DNA of 64,000 nt from Octopus bimaculoides (Eukaryota), in the NCBI RefSeq assembly GCF_001194135.2, contig NC_068981.1, forward strand, positions 38,545,871-38,609,870, written 5' to 3'. The notes beneath the pieces were generated by a model. That model saw only the letters and a list, made by a program, of their open reading frames with translations, did not search any database and was not told where the DNA came from. Of the stretch, positions 1 through 13,835 are shown one piece after another. Position 1 is the first letter of the stretch. Every line of letters begins with the position of its first letter. A program made the translations under genes and the position numbers.

Positions 1-270
1 GTATATATACATATATATTTTTATATGTGTGTTTCTGTGTCTGTGTTAATTCCCCCACCATTGCTTGACAACTGATGTTGGTGTGTTTACATCCCCATAA
101 CTTAGCAGTTTGGTAAAAGAGACCAATAGAATAAGTACTAGGCTTACAAAGAATAAGATCTGTGGTCAATTTGTTTGACTAAAGGTGGTGATCCAGCATG
201 GCCACAATGGTAGAGCATCTGCAAAGCTTATTTACTAATTCAACTGAAACAAGTAAAAAGAATAAAAGAA
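1..270 (+). mobile_element. tRNA-derived SINE family B, 3' half (carries a foreign 27-bp insert)
   Basis: Matches other copies in window (23307, 42905): ...gcttgacaac-gatgctggtgtgtttac...gaataagtactaggcttacaaagaataag...ccagcatggcc...actgaaacaagtaaaag tail. Confidence 0.85.
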
Positions 271-539
271 AAGAATTAAGTTCAATATTCTTTGTGTATC
301 AAATCTAGACCACCGATGTGTCAATAAAGGTAAAAGATCATTAATAATCTAAGTTTAATGACACACATTGTTACTTCCTAAGAAATGAGACAGACAAGAA
401 GTATTTTAATACACGGTAAATAATTAACAATGGAGCTTGGATATTGAACATGAAATGTCAAAGCTCCAAAATTCTCAGTAAATGTCAATAGAGAATATGA
501 CAATAAACAGTCCATTAGAGAAATAAGTAATTGTGGTAC

Positions 540-1610
540 TTGAGGAAGATAAAATATAAGGGGTCAGAATATGTCTGGGTTGAGTTTATTTGTTGGTATT
601 GAAAGAGCAAAACAAGTGATAAACTCTTTGGTGTTTGAAAAATATTTCTTTTGATGCTTTTGGCTGCTGGTTACTACTTTAAGGCAATGATTTCAAACAT
701 TGAAGGAGCTGACTTTTGCTTGTACAGCAATAACCATTGAGGGTGTCCAGCTCTTGAACTTTTGGAAGATAGACAGATTAATGGCAGATCAAAAGGGATT
801 ATATTATTTAGATTTTGAGCAACATCAATAGTGTTAAGAGAAGTTGGAAAGCAAAGGCAAATAAATTATGGTTTAGAAGGTTTGATGTTAAGTGCTTCAA
901 AGTGTCAAGGAACTGATCAGGTATATCTATAGAAAAAGATTAGTGCAAATCATTGACAAAACAAGTGGTGATACCTGCATAAAAAATGCAAAAGTTATTA
1001 GGGATTTGCTGAAGTCAGTTAGATCTGATGGATTAGAGTGTTAAAAGAATGAGCAGCTGTTGAGAGATTTTATATTCTTGATGTAGGAAGTGGATGTGGT
1101 TGAGCAAGTCTATGGAACAGTAGAGAAAGCAGATCATTTTCCAGAGAAGTGGGAAAATGACACTTTAGATAAGACTGGAATTCATTATAGTTAGATGTTG
1201 AATGGAGAATGGGCATGTATGTATATTTCTCACATACAATATGATTACACCTACACACCATCCTCCTACACTACCCCATACCACTAATCTCCCATACTTA
1301 CACAACTCCATATACACTCCTCCCAAAACACCACATGTACCTTATACTACCACACATACACACTCACACACACCTCCCCCAAATCAATCTCTATACACAG
1401 ATAACCCTCTACACTTTCACACTCTATATCTTCTCTTCCCCTTTTCCTTAAAATCGCATTCCTACTTGACACCTTACGTTTTTCTTCCAAATGCTTTTTC
1501 TCATTCTTTTTACTTTTCCCATCATCTTTTCTCATTCTCTGTTTTTCTGATGATGGACTTGTTTCTGAAACGTTGAAAGTCTTTCCCTTCCTCTTAAGCA
1601 TTTAACTAAT
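540..1610. mobile_element. Penelope-like element remnant: degenerate ORF N-terminal part on minus strand (about 540-1200) abutting a plus-strand pseudo-LTR tail (about 1250-1610)
   Basis: Minus-strand frames give FQKFKSWTPS (PLE SxWTP motif) and HFPTSLENDLLSLLFHRLAQ; plus strand is a C/T-rich tail ending in ctgatga...gaaacgttgaaagtctttcccttcctcttaagc typical of PLE pLTRs. Confidence 0.55.
1542..1579 (+). ncRNA. Minimal type I hammerhead-ribozyme-like motif (degenerate)
   Basis: UUUUU-CUGAUGA-(short stem II GGA/UUCU)-GAAAC-GUU-GAAAG: both catalytic boxes, palindromic ACGU stem III, wobble stem I (1542-1546 with 1575-1579). Confidence 0.55.
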
Positions 1611-3519
1611 ACATATGTTAAAACTTGTCCCTTCCAAACAGTCTCCTTTTGTGTACATTGCCTAATATATAGACATCAACTCTCATTTCAATTTAATCCA
1701 TTCCAGTGCATTACTTCTACTTATTTTATTGACTGCATTATAATAACAGGAAGTTGGGATTTGAACTCAAAGCAATGGTGATAGATATCAGCAGATAAAA
1801 CTAAGCATTGATACAAGTGTACTATTAACTTCTCCATCTTTTCCAAAATAGATAAATGAAATAGTTAACATGTACCATTCACTGTGTTTTAGGTAAAAAG
1901 TGTATTTATAGCCCTAGCTTGGTACAGCAGCATTCTGCCAATAAACATGCTTTGCAGCTATAAAGTAATATTGATTTATTGATAATAAAATAAACCCAAA
2001 TATTTTCATCATTCATCATCATTAACGGTTTTATGTCCAGCTGTATTTTAGCATGGGTTGCATGAATATGCAGTATTGAATCTTTATCTTCTGTAAATTC
2101 AACCATAAACTTTACTTCAAATCACATTTAACTCCTGATATATCATTAATCCTAAAAAAAGTTTTATCCACTCATACAAAAATCAGTTTGGTATTACTCT
2201 CTCTAGTCATACCTTTCTTTTGTGGAAAAAATCTATTATTTATGTCTGATATATTGATCTTAAATTAAAGGTTAAATTAGCTAGGCTACTGAACAGTAGG
2301 GTCTGATGTTGTGCATCACAAGTATTAATTTCAGTACTGCACCAATTCAACTACTCTTGATTTGAGAATTGATATTACAAAATAGAAATTCTATAGATAA
2401 TTTTTTTTATGTCAAATATTTAGATAAACAAAAATGGGCTACTTTATAAATAATTGATTAAATACAAAAGAAATAAATCATAGTCTTTTTAGTTGTGTAT
2501 AAGCTAGAACATTTTTATTTGACTTTAACTATTCTAGACATCTATAAATGGGTTACTAATTTTTATTATCTTATTTGACTATCCAATTTTTAGTGTATAC
2601 TCACTATCTATGCTTAATGATAACCATTATTACTTGTTGGTTTTTGTCAGTTCTTTCTTTAACATAATGAAATAAATAGAGAATCATTTAGCTAATGAAA
2701 CACTAGACTACTAGCAAAATGGACGGCAGTTTGTGTCATAAATGCCGCTACTAAAATCACTTATATTTCATTGGCCAATCCACCTAACAATAAATAGATG
2801 TCACTCAATAGGTCAATATGTATTTGATTCACTGTTTAGTTCTAAACTGTGATATCAGTTCTCAGCAAGGCTGAGTTCTAATCCTCCAATAAGTATAACC
2901 AGTAGTAAATTGGGTTTCTGTTAAAAGGAGAAAGTGTCTTTCAATCATTGAGGAAACTACTACCACAAATCTTTGGATTGTAGGAACACTACTGTAAACT
3001 TTATCACATTTCAATTTATAAATACTCCATTTTAAAGTTTTTTAAGTTTCTTTAACTTTTCACTTTCCTTTTAAACTATTTCCGTGTGCAGTGGTTGGGG
3101 TTAGAAAGAGTACTGCTTCGATAAAATCATTACTATAATTCTACTAAAATTTTCTAAAAATTTGCAGACATCTTTTTATTTCCTATGGTGAGATATTATC
3201 AAAAAGATTCATCAATTCTAGATAAGAAGCAAAAAGTTGATATTACATTAAATAATTGTTTTTGAAAATTAGAAGTTTTTAAAAGGAAATGGTGCAAAAA
3301 GTTTTGATATTATCTTTTCCTTCAGGCAATTACAACTTAAAGTAAAGCAGTTCCAAAGTGAAATTAAAGCCAAGCAACTGACTTATCTTATCATGAATTT
3401 AGACCTGTGTTATAGGTTTAGAATTTAAAGATTCTGCTATTATAACAAACCTTAAAATGTTTTAGAAGTAAATTATACAAAAAATATTTTCATGAATATT
3501 AAGGAGCAATAAAATAAGA

Positions 3520-4050
3520 AATGCAGCAAAGATCAGAAATGCTATGCCTGATAAAAAAAACTGCAGAAATTACTCACAGGCTTTCCAAGCTCTTCTTTTG
3601 AATCCATTTCAATATCAAAAACCCTTCTGTATCACCATTAAGTATCTCAAGGTCCCAAACATTTTACCCCTTAGTCTGTATGCTTTACCTGAGTGGGACA
3701 GCCGTACTGCCTTTACATGGCACTATGCTTCTGGAACAGGTATTTTTCTGCCTCTTGAAGTTGTTGTTGCCAAGCCCTAGCTGTTCTTGACAGATTGCTC
3801 CAACAACCTCATAGTGCTTCCAATGTGTTTTTGCTTCTTTCACAGATTTCTTGGGCTTCCACATTCTGCTACACTTTATGATCATGTTAGCATGTCTGAC
3901 TCTTCTGTCCTCAGCTAGAAGCAATGTACTGATTTCCCTTGCGCTCGTGGCTTTGAATCCTAAAGATGAAATTGGTAGGCGAAGTTTAGAGTTTTTGCTA
4001 TGCAGATTGACTAAGTTACGATGCCTAATGACTTGCACTTGAATAAGTTT
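3520..4050 (-). mobile_element. HERO/NeSL-like RLE non-LTR retrotransposon fragment (post-RT region)
   Basis: KLRLPISS...SVKEAKTHWKHYEVVGAICQEQLGLG resembles the conserved LQLPxSS...AExxLxHxxIVGxxxxGRxGLG block. Confidence 0.7.
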
Positions 4051-5787
4051 TTGTTTTTATGGATGTCTGTCATTTACTCATTTCTGCCCTTCTTTCAACT
4101 ACTTGATATCTAAAAAATTAGGAAAAGTTTCAGAAGGTTACAATGTCTACAAAACACTATAGTGTTAACAGGAAAATTTAAAATGACATAAAGAAAGATG
4201 CTGTGTAAATTTTAAAAAACTAAATTCACTAATTCATTTATTTTAAACATAATAACATTATTTTTCTTTCACATTATGGTTAATAAAATATTTCTCTTTC
4301 CTGACATGAATTATATTAAATCTTCAAGGAATTGATTCAAATATATATTCATGTATTTCATTTAACTGATTTATGAAATATCATAAATTTATTTTGGAAA
4401 AGTTTATTCTAGTCAATTGTATAACTTAAAATAGCTGTCTAGTTTCTACAATGTATTTTTCTAACACTAAACAATGTAATCAATATAATAATAAAAAAAG
4501 TAAGCTGATTAAATCAACAATATATATATAAACAATAAATTGCACCATGTATTGTTTCAATTTTGTGATTATTGGAATCTTTCATGTACTTCCAAATGTA
4601 TGTTGATACTTTTTTAATTTGAGCTATTACAAGAGGCTATTATTAGAGATGCTTTATTCCAGACTATTTGCTATATTAACAGTCAGAGGCTTCAGTGCTG
4701 ATATAGCCAAAGAGGAAATTACATGATGAAAAAATAAATGAAAATTTGATAAATAAAAAAATTCGCCCATATTTCAGAAAATTGGTCCAAGCATCTGAGA
4801 GACTTTTAATCATTTAATAGATATAGAAAGAAGTTTTGTTTGATATTGAAAAATTCTAGAGTAATAAAAACTTCCCATTTGCTATGGAATAGTAAAGTGT
4901 TTAATGAATTTAGAATACATTCTACTAAGAAAAAATAGCAATTTTTATTGAATTACTAGAATCCAAGGACTCAGTTTTGGAAACCTTAAGCAGTTGAGAG
5001 AGAAATATTATCTAGATATGAATGCAGATTTAATACAGCTATTCTTGTAAACCTCCTAGCTAATTGTAGCTTATGTGAAATAAGAAATTGGTCAAGAATT
5101 AAGCTTTGATGCAAAAATTTATCAGGATACAAACTAATGACTGCTTATTTGATTGTTAGCTCCTCACATATGTTCCTTTTTAGTGTTCATATATTCATTA
5201 TTCAAAACATTTTAAAATATGATATCTTTTGATGAGTGTCACATGTTCCAGTAATTCCTGTGCAAAAAGGAGTTATTTAAGCAACAAAGTAGGCAAGAAT
5301 AATATCCTCACTTTTTGCCATACAAATAAGCAGCCAGGCAAGTTTTAGTTAAAGGTAAACCAGTGGTAAACATAGAATGCACAGACAAGCACTTTACATA
5401 CAAGTTTCCTTGGTTGCAGTTCAGCTGTGGGTTAATAGAATCTTTGACTATGATGGACAGAGTATTATTTTTGCTTCTCATGTGAAGCTAATCTTTTCTA
5501 TTATTAATGTAACTATGAACTATATTTGCTTCAATCACACCATTATACTCTATTGGCCATAGGCTTGAGAACAGGGTGTGATGTGGGTGCAAGTACATCC
5601 ACTAAAATTTGGTGTGGGGGCAATGAAAATTGCTTTAAACATCCTCTTGAAAACTGAGTTTGAAGCCCCAAAGAATTTCTTTCTCACACTTATGCTACTG
5701 GTAAGTAACTATGTAATAAAGTAAATATTATTATATACTTATCTAAAAATGGATGTGATTCAAACAACATTGGAGTTGATTTTGCAA

Positions 5788-5998
5788 GAGGGTGCTGTAA
5801 AGTTCCTAGCTTTAAGGGTATTCCAAAAGGCCTAGTTTGAGACTCAGCCTTCTGAGTTCTTTTTATAAAGCTTAGAAAAACTGAAGGACCACTGCAATAA
5901 GTGTGTGAATCTGAGAGGAGAATATGTTGAATAAAATCATAATTAACTGATCCTCCTGTATTTTCTTTTACCCAAATTGAGGAACTTTTCAGCACCTC
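5788..5998. mobile_element. Mariner-derived MITE (family of 29832 and 53998 copies)
   Basis: TIRs gagggtgctgtaaagttcct / aggaacttttcagcacctc; internal block gaatatgttgaataaaatcataattaactgatcctcctgtattttctttta shared with two other copies. Confidence 0.85.
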
Positions 5999-8900
5999 AT
6001 TATGTTATGGCTCAACATACAGCCTAACATTGTATCAATATTTCAACTCCAGTAAACTTTTCTCCACATTGATGAGCTGACATCAGAAACTGAAGCCAAA
6101 CCAACAATCTCCCATATTTGTAACCCTAATGCTTAAACTATCTACCACAATGATGATTTTTGTGACAGAGAAATGGCTTTGGTTACTTTGGGCAAACAAC
6201 ACATTGCCAAATCCAAATTCACTAACCACTCACCACCCCAGCCTAACAATCTTGCCATACCAACTCCTTGTAAAAGTATAGCCAAAATGTGATAGTGCAG
6301 GCAATTTAACTTGTAGCATTTTAAAAGACATGACATTTTGTAACATTTTGTCCCTTCCCTGTTTTATTTTTTTGCCCCAAGTCGGGTAGCCTAAAAGTAA
6401 AAATCTCTTCTTTTGTTCAGTGGTGTAAAACCACATTATCCAAAGCATCCTATCTTTTAAATGTCAGTGGGGTATCATTGAATGAGATTTGGTAACTATT
6501 TTTAGCTGCACACGTAATCATATAGATGCTCAGTAATTATTGTAGATGAATGTAAAGTGAAAGTGTAAAAAATGTGTAAGCATATATAAAGCAAAATTGT
6601 AAGATATCATCAAATGCAAAGTGAAACTTCTGTGAAGTGTAAGTATGGAAAAGCTGCCTTAATATCATCGATAGATTTACTAGAAATAACAGCTGAATCA
6701 GCGATACTAGATCCACTCCTGATTTATATCTCTCTTTTCCTCTTTCACCCGTATTGTTCTACACTAAGGCATTGCACTGGCTACTTTTTCCCCTCTTTAT
6801 ATATTGACCCACTGGAATTCCCCACTTGTATATGTTCTTTCTGCAGTTATCAGCTTGTAGCAGTTCAAAATACACATTAACCACACCAATCTCAATGGTA
6901 GAGCATCTGCAAAGCTTATGGACACAAGCTATTTCACTAGAACCAATCCTCTGCCAAAAATCAAATGACTGTAAATTCAAAAGACTATGAAAACAAGCAA
7001 GAATCATTAAATTTTCTAGATTTATAAAATATATTACTTTTTATATACATATACGTATATCTGGCAATCTTTTGGTTTGATATCCCAAATGGAAATATTG
7101 CCTGTTGAACACAATCATCTGGACATATTGAATAGGCCCTCTGCCACTTTCTTCCTTCGAAAAATAGTTTTCCAAATGCATATTTCATTCTAAATTTTTA
7201 CAGTTTTCTATTTTTCATGACAGGGATTCCACATTAAAAATATAATTCTGATAAAACTCCTTTACAGGATATTAATGTTGATTGTTTACGATAATTTTTC
7301 TCTTTCAATATGTGATCATAAACTGAAAGAACACAGTTTATTTAATACTCTTTTGACTATTAGATATGAAATTGTATAGAATAGATATTTAACAAATATA
7401 ATACCATTTGTGTAACCCAGCATAGTGATCAATCCTCCATATTGTTCTTGCAGAGGTGAAGAAACAAGAGTGACATTGATAAATGAGTGTTGGTTCATTG
7501 GTATTAAATTTAGTTGTGTGTTGTCCCATAAATAACTGAATATGAACATTGTTGAAATAACATTTTATTTTGTTGAAGTAAATTACAATATTTACATAAT
7601 TACATCACTGTTTGCCAGTAGCATGATGTAGTGTGCTCAAATGTTGTTGTAATTAAACTACTAATAATAGAGATTAACTTCAAGCAAGAGGTGGGTATAA
7701 TGCTTTTCCATCCTAGTTGAAGGATTCTTGTTAACTTGAGGCTAAACTTCAGCCAAGGTAAACTTGTTGAAATAAGGGTTTGTTCTTTGTGCTTTTGAAT
7801 TATGTCACTCTCTCTGGATTGCTTTTGGTGAGAGGTAAGAATGTATGTTTGGTGGCTTTCTCAACCTCTGCCTGATTTTGGCATGCTTTCGTTTTTTGTG
7901 CAGGAAATATCATAGATATGATATGGAGTGATATTTCCACAAGCTGGTTGGTCAGAAATCTGAACATGTCGCCTGACTCAAGTAAAGACTGGGCCCAGCT
8001 ATAAGAGCTGTGAGGTTTTAATTCTAGGTCACACTACACAAGAAGCCTTACATGCAAAAAGATCTGAGGCAGCAAAAAAAGAACAGGATGGTCATGTTCA
8101 GTATGTTTTTCTTCTTTTAAGTCATAGATCTTCATGATCAGAGCTGACATAGGCTACTCAATTACAGCTCTCAGTATTTACCAACTCCATAATAGGAGCT
8201 ATACAGTAACTGTACAAAATATTCCAATCGAACCGTGATTGAAGGTGAACACAAGGAGAAAAATGGGAATTGAACAAATAAACATATAAATACATAAATA
8301 AATTTAAAAATCAACAACTCCATTTCAGTATGTAACTTGTAAGCCTATATTTCAGGTGGAATAAGTAAGAAAACAGATCTCACAATTGAAATATTTGTTA
8401 GGAAAACAGAAGATTGAAATCTTAGACGATAAAAATGAGTGAAATATCAAAATAACAAATAAACAAAATATAACTTTTTCTTGAATGTTTAACTTCAACA
8501 AATTTATCTGATAGAAGTTAACAAATATTATTTGTAAGAAAATTAGTTGAAATTTGTACGACTAATTTAGTATGATGTAGCATTTTGTTATCAAACAGTT
8601 GTCATTTGTTTTCATTTTGTTTCTGCACAGTATTTTCATTTGATCTATCGGGTATATGTTGCATTTGTAAGGCTTGGGTAGTTTCTTCATTTCGCTTCTG
8701 TAGCTTGCTAGTCTTTGTTTTGAATACTGATGCTCTCAGGGCATTTGGAATGCATTTTGGTGTCAGTAGGGACCCATTCTACTGTTACGTTATGCCTGAT
8801 GATAGAACAATGTGCTTATCTATGGAAATATTATGCATTTTAGAAGAATATGGAGTATGAAATCTGAAACCTTTGTTAAAATGTGTGTAAGACTGATGTA

Positions 8901-9103
8901 TTCTAAACGGTAATACTTTTCATGCATTCTTTCACAAATTCTTCTCATAAACATTTCTTATTACTTATGTTAAACATTCCTAACTTGCTCAAAACACAGA
9001 ACGCTGGATACTAGAAATGAAATGAAGAAATGTTACTTGTCTAGAACATAACAATTGTTATAACATTGTACACTACATAAAACAAACAGTGGGATCCTAC
9101 ATA

Positions 9104-10379
9104 TCAGGTTAAGTAAGCAACATTTTGAACCATGAAGAATTTGTACCAGATTTTTGCAGTTTTGAATTGTTTAAGCATGTTTTTGCAATTATCTGATAAT
9201 ACAAACATAGACTTGCCCAAATGCATCAATAAATTAACATTGATATATTTTTCACCATTGTTACAATCATCTGAAATGGAACTATCAAAGTACAATATTC
9301 GAGCAATTTTGCCATTCAGCTTCAAAAAATGACATAAAGCAGCTGAAATTGCTTGTGATATCAACAAAATGTTTGGTGAGGAAATGACCAGTGAGTGGTC
9401 AGCTCAAAAATGGCTTAAACAATTTCGCAGTGGAGACCTGAGCCATGAAGATTGTGAGCATAGTGGACACCCATCTGTCATCGATAACAGTCAATTAAAG
9501 ATTGTCACTGAGAAAGATCCACATAAAACCATTCAAGAAATGGCAAAAGAACATCAAGTTAGCCTGAAAACTACCTGCAACCATTTGCATGTGATTGGAA
9601 AATCAAAAAAGCCCGACAAATGGGTACCATATGATTTGAATGAAAATCAGAAAATGTGCAGATACAAAATTTGTTCATTGCTTCTTCTCCGTAACCAGAC
9701 TGATCCATTTCTCTACCATATTGTAACTTGTGATGAAAATGGATTCTGTACAATAATAAAAAAGTTCTTCATGGTGGTTGAACCAAAATGAAGCACTGAA
9801 AACCTTCCTTAAACCTGAGCTCTTCAAAAAGAAAGTTATGGTGGCTGTTAGGTAGTGTTCTACTGGACTCATCCACTATAACTTCTTAAAACCCAGGAAA
9901 ACTATTACTGCAGGAACATATTGCCATGAAATTACCAAATTGAATGAAAAACTGCAACTCTCCATCCCAGACTGGTTGGTCTACAGAAGAGAGCCAATTA
10001 TTCTTCATGATATTGCTCGACCATATGTTTCACTAATGATGCTCCAGAAATTGAGGGAACTTGGCTACAAAGTTCTTCCCCACCCAGCTTATTCCCCCGA
10101 CCATTCTCCTACTAGCTACCACTTTTCAAGCACCTTGATGGTTTCCTGCAGGAGAAAGGGTAAAAAAACCAAACCAATGCTGGAAGTGTGTTCAAAGAGT
10201 TCATCAGCTCCAGAACTCCAGATGTTTATGTGACCAGAATAAACAAACTTGTAACTCATTTGCAAAAAAGTGTTGATTGTAATGGTACTTACTTTGATGA
10301 ATAAAATTTTCGCATTATTCAAAATATATTGTGATGAATTTCATGCTTCAAAACGTTGCATGCTTTTTACTCAACCTGA
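9104..10379 (+). mobile_element. Full-length degenerate mariner transposon (DD34D class), 1276 bp
   Basis: TA-flanked TIRs tcaggttaagtaagcaacattttgaaccatgaa / ttcatgcttcaaaacgttgcatgctttttactcaacctga; motifs WVPYDL, IVTCDE, LHDIARPY, YSPDHSPTSY across frameshifted ORFs 9369-9791 and 9940-10233. Confidence 0.95.
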
Positions 10380-11124
10380 TATATACACTATACACATTGA
10401 GTTATCAATGTGCAACTTAATCTACTTTCTTCTCTCTCCCTCCCATTTGTTGCAAATATAACATCATGTACTCCCACGATGTAGGAAGTCATATACAACA
10501 AACTCCTTAAATCGCTCAAATCGACTTTTTTCCTCATCTCTATGTTGTAAACATTTTACTTGATCAAGTTCCAGAACTACAATCTTCTGAAATTATCTGC
10601 CCACCTTTTCCATTGGCAAACGATTAAAGTTCAAGCTCAACTTCAATTGTATTGATCTGAGCAGTTTGAGGGACCTTGAAAAAAATTACAGATGCTGCCC
10701 ACTCCTGTTATTCAATTTAAAATTCAAGTGAATATTAGATTATATGTTTCCAACGCTGATTGACACCAACAGAAGGAATGATCCTGCCAGTAGGTATTAA
10801 AATCATGTTGATTTCTGTAAGGCAGCTGCAGAAGGAATTCTCAGGTTTGTTAAATACATTCCTAAGTTGGTTATGTTTCTTAGGTTAATCTGATTGAATG
10901 GGTACTATGTATTTTTTAGTATTGTTTGTATGTTTGTAAATTTTAATGTTGGATTCTGATGTTTGCTTGTAGTATTTATCTGTAGACTTATTTTAACATT
11001 TTAACATTCTTAAGTTAGACATTTCATTTTGGAATTGTTAGGGGTTCTTGGTTAGTTTATTCAGATTATATTGCTTTGGGTTATCTAATTTGATGAAGAA
11101 AGCTTTTTAGGTGTGAGAAATGAC

Positions 11125-11137
11125 TTGCACACACACA

Positions 11138-11232
<95 letters not shown>
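11125..11232. repeat. Compound microsatellite (CA)n(CT)n(CA)n
   Basis: Direct reading. Confidence 0.95.
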
Positions 11233-11234
<2 letters not shown>

Positions 11235-11559
11235 TATCCTCCTGCAGTGTGAAAGAATGAACATATATTGTATTTTTAGAAAGAATAATAAAAAAAATAT
11301 ATCACTGAGAATTTGCTTATAACAATGCTTGACATTCTCAATTAAAATATTAAAATTAAAGATTAATTAATTCAAAAAATTACAGGTTTATCAAAGGAAT
11401 CATCAGGGATTCATGAAAAGGAAGCAGAAAATGCTTCAATATGGAAAAAAAAAAGCAACTAAACAAACAAAAATGAAAGAACAGAGAGTAAAGAACGGAT
11501 ATTCAATAACTGCTGCATTGTTGAAGTGGTTACAGCTTACCTCAGTTTGTTATAATGGC

Positions 11560-12540
11560 AGTATGGATGATAGGGGAAAATGTATGCTATGGTGTTGATC
11601 AAAAGAGCCTGGCCATTCTCTTGCAATATCCATGTAGCTTGACACTGCTACTGGAGTCAATACTGTTGGACGGTACTGAAAACAAAGTTGATGAAAATGT
11701 CCTATAGTGTGTGCTGTATATGAAGGATTGAGCAAGATGACTAACAGGAAAGACTGGTGAGCACTCTGGAAAGATAATGTGATGCTCTGGAAAGATGAGC
11801 TGATCTCATTTAAAAGTAATATGATGGTCTGCAAAGACAGCAAAACTATGTGAAAGATTCACATAATAAGAAATCTTTCGTAGTGTTCTAACAAGAAAGA
11901 TGCATACATCATCCACAAACCTGCCCTTTGAAAGTAACAAATGCATGATACAACTCCCAGTAGCTAAAGAGTAGGATAGGACTATGAATGAGATGAAGGT
12001 CCATTATACAAAAGAAGAAGATTGTGTTGATAGATAATAATGTGAGTTGGTAACAGCTAGTAAGGTGATTGACAGGAACCAAAACTATTGAATACTTTAT
12101 GACCAGCCACCAACAAGTGTTAGAAATAAGTGTCATGATGGCACCATTACTCTATTTCTTCTTATGATGGCTATGGAGCTGGTTTTGAGTGACATAAGAA
12201 GTTACTTGGAGGGAGTGAAAGTTAGAGGAAACAATTCTTGCCTGGTTTGATGACCTAGCCCATCACTGCTGACTGCACATCAAATCCAAAACAAGTTGCA
12301 GCCTGTACATAATGTCTTGTCTTCACATTATCCCCAGTTCAATTCTCACTTGGGTACTGGACAGGAAATAATTAAAGCCAAGGTGAAATGTTGCCTATTT
12401 CCTATTGACAAGTGTGGTCTTGCAAGGAAATGTGATGTGTGGTGTTACTGACATGGCCTTTTACTAATAAAAACATTTCTAAGAAAGATCAAAAGCCAAA
12501 TCATTAAAATATCTTAGGAATCCTAACTGGTTGCCCAAAT
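11560..12540 (+). mobile_element. Older, highly degenerate HERO-like RT fragment
   Basis: Frames give GTITLFLLMMAMELVL (RT domain 4-like) and IDKCGLARKCDVWCYxHGL (cf. IDKSGLPGKxKAWCYQHG). Confidence 0.45.
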
Positions 12541-12559
12541 TTCCCCATCCTTTTCATCA

Positions 12560-13835
12560 CTGGAATGAATCTTTTCATAACAGCTGCTTTTAAAGAAGTC
12601 CAAAGAGCAACAGTGGAATCAGGCAATCAACAACATCCAATAAGGAGTTTCATACATAATCTTAGTGATAACCAGAAGTCATGTGGGGTGGAACAGGTGC
12701 TGACTCCACTTGAACACATGGCAACATGAGCTAGAATGAAGCTTAAACCCCCAAAATCTAGGAGTATGGTGAGAAGAGACAAATTAATAAATAGAGCCAA
12801 GCTGCAAGTGCAAGGAGAGAGGCTATTCCATCAATAGAGGAAAGTCCAATCAAACGCTTTGAAAAGAACTTGACAATTTACTCTCAGACAGAGGCAATGC
12901 CACCAATACAGAGAAACCAGCAGACGAGTGGCTGAGGAGGACTGAAAGATGAGGGCTTTCAGGAAAATACGAGGCATGGCTCTACCAACATGGACAGCTT
13001 ACAAGACTCATATGTTTATTGACAGTATATGAGAGTCCAATGATAAGAGTTGAAAGTGGAGAGGATGGTTAACAAATACCTCCAAAGGTGGCCAGGAGTC
13101 TCTCCAATCTTCCCTTCAGTAGGCTTGTACATAAGATCTGGACAGCTCCAACTTCCTCTGTTGTCCACCAAGATGGAGGAATTCAAGGTTGTAAAATGTC
13201 GAGTCATAATGATGCACAGTTACTCCTAAGCTGGGAATGATGGATATGCAGGTATCACAACTAGATCCAGGCAAAAGTGGGTGGTCGGCATCAATGTTGC
13301 ACTGGATGAAAGCACTGAAGCTACTCAACATCATTGGAATAACATGCAGAGAATGACATGGTCTTGGTTCTTCCATTTCCATTAATAGAAGAAAATGGAT
13401 ATCAAGTAGAGGAGAGCTATGATCTCAGAGAACCTTTACTAAATGCAACTCCTCCAAAAGGAAGACCATGAATCTCCTTTCTGCTGCAAGTGGTGTATGA
13501 CACATTCTCAACACCAACAAACCTTCATAAATGGGATTTGAAGGGAAACAGCTGTGTAGACTTTGTGGAGAAAGGGGGCACACAGGCACACATCTTATCA
13601 GAGTGCAAAATGGCACATACGCAATGAAAATACAAGTGACACCATGACAAGCTGCTTGCAACACTCACATCCTGGAACAGAAAAGGCTTAAGAAACACAC
13701 ACCATCAGCAGGGGGGAAACATCAGCTGCAATCTATTCTGTGAAAGGAGGAAAAAGCAAGTTAGGAGAGCAAGAAGAACAAATAGTCTACTACCTGAGGT
13801 ACAATCATTGGGGGTATGAGAGTGGACTGTAGCTT
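12560..13835 (+). mobile_element. HERO-like RLE non-LTR retrotransposon, RT C-terminus to CCHC/RHD region
   Basis: ARMKLKPPKSRSMV, GKYEAWLYQHG, SVGLYIRSGQLQLPLLSxxEEFKVVKCR, CRLCGERG..HILSECK, HDKLL motifs in broken frames. Confidence 0.85.

Noticed and set aside
6847-7020. Exon-like plus-strand frame FKIHINHTNLNGRASAKLMDTSYF
   Set aside because: No convincing donor or phase partner; opposite strand looks like a retroelement remnant.
7904-7981. Candidate exon GNIIDMIWSDISTSWLVRNLNMSPDS (good acceptor, GTAAAG donor)
   Set aside because: Plausible upstream exon of the host gene but cannot be supported without transcripts or homology; not called.
8740-8854. Candidate exon AFGMHFGVSRDPFYCYVMPDDRTMCLSMEILCILEEYG
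   Set aside because: Splice sites acceptable but phase does not chain with neighbouring candidates.
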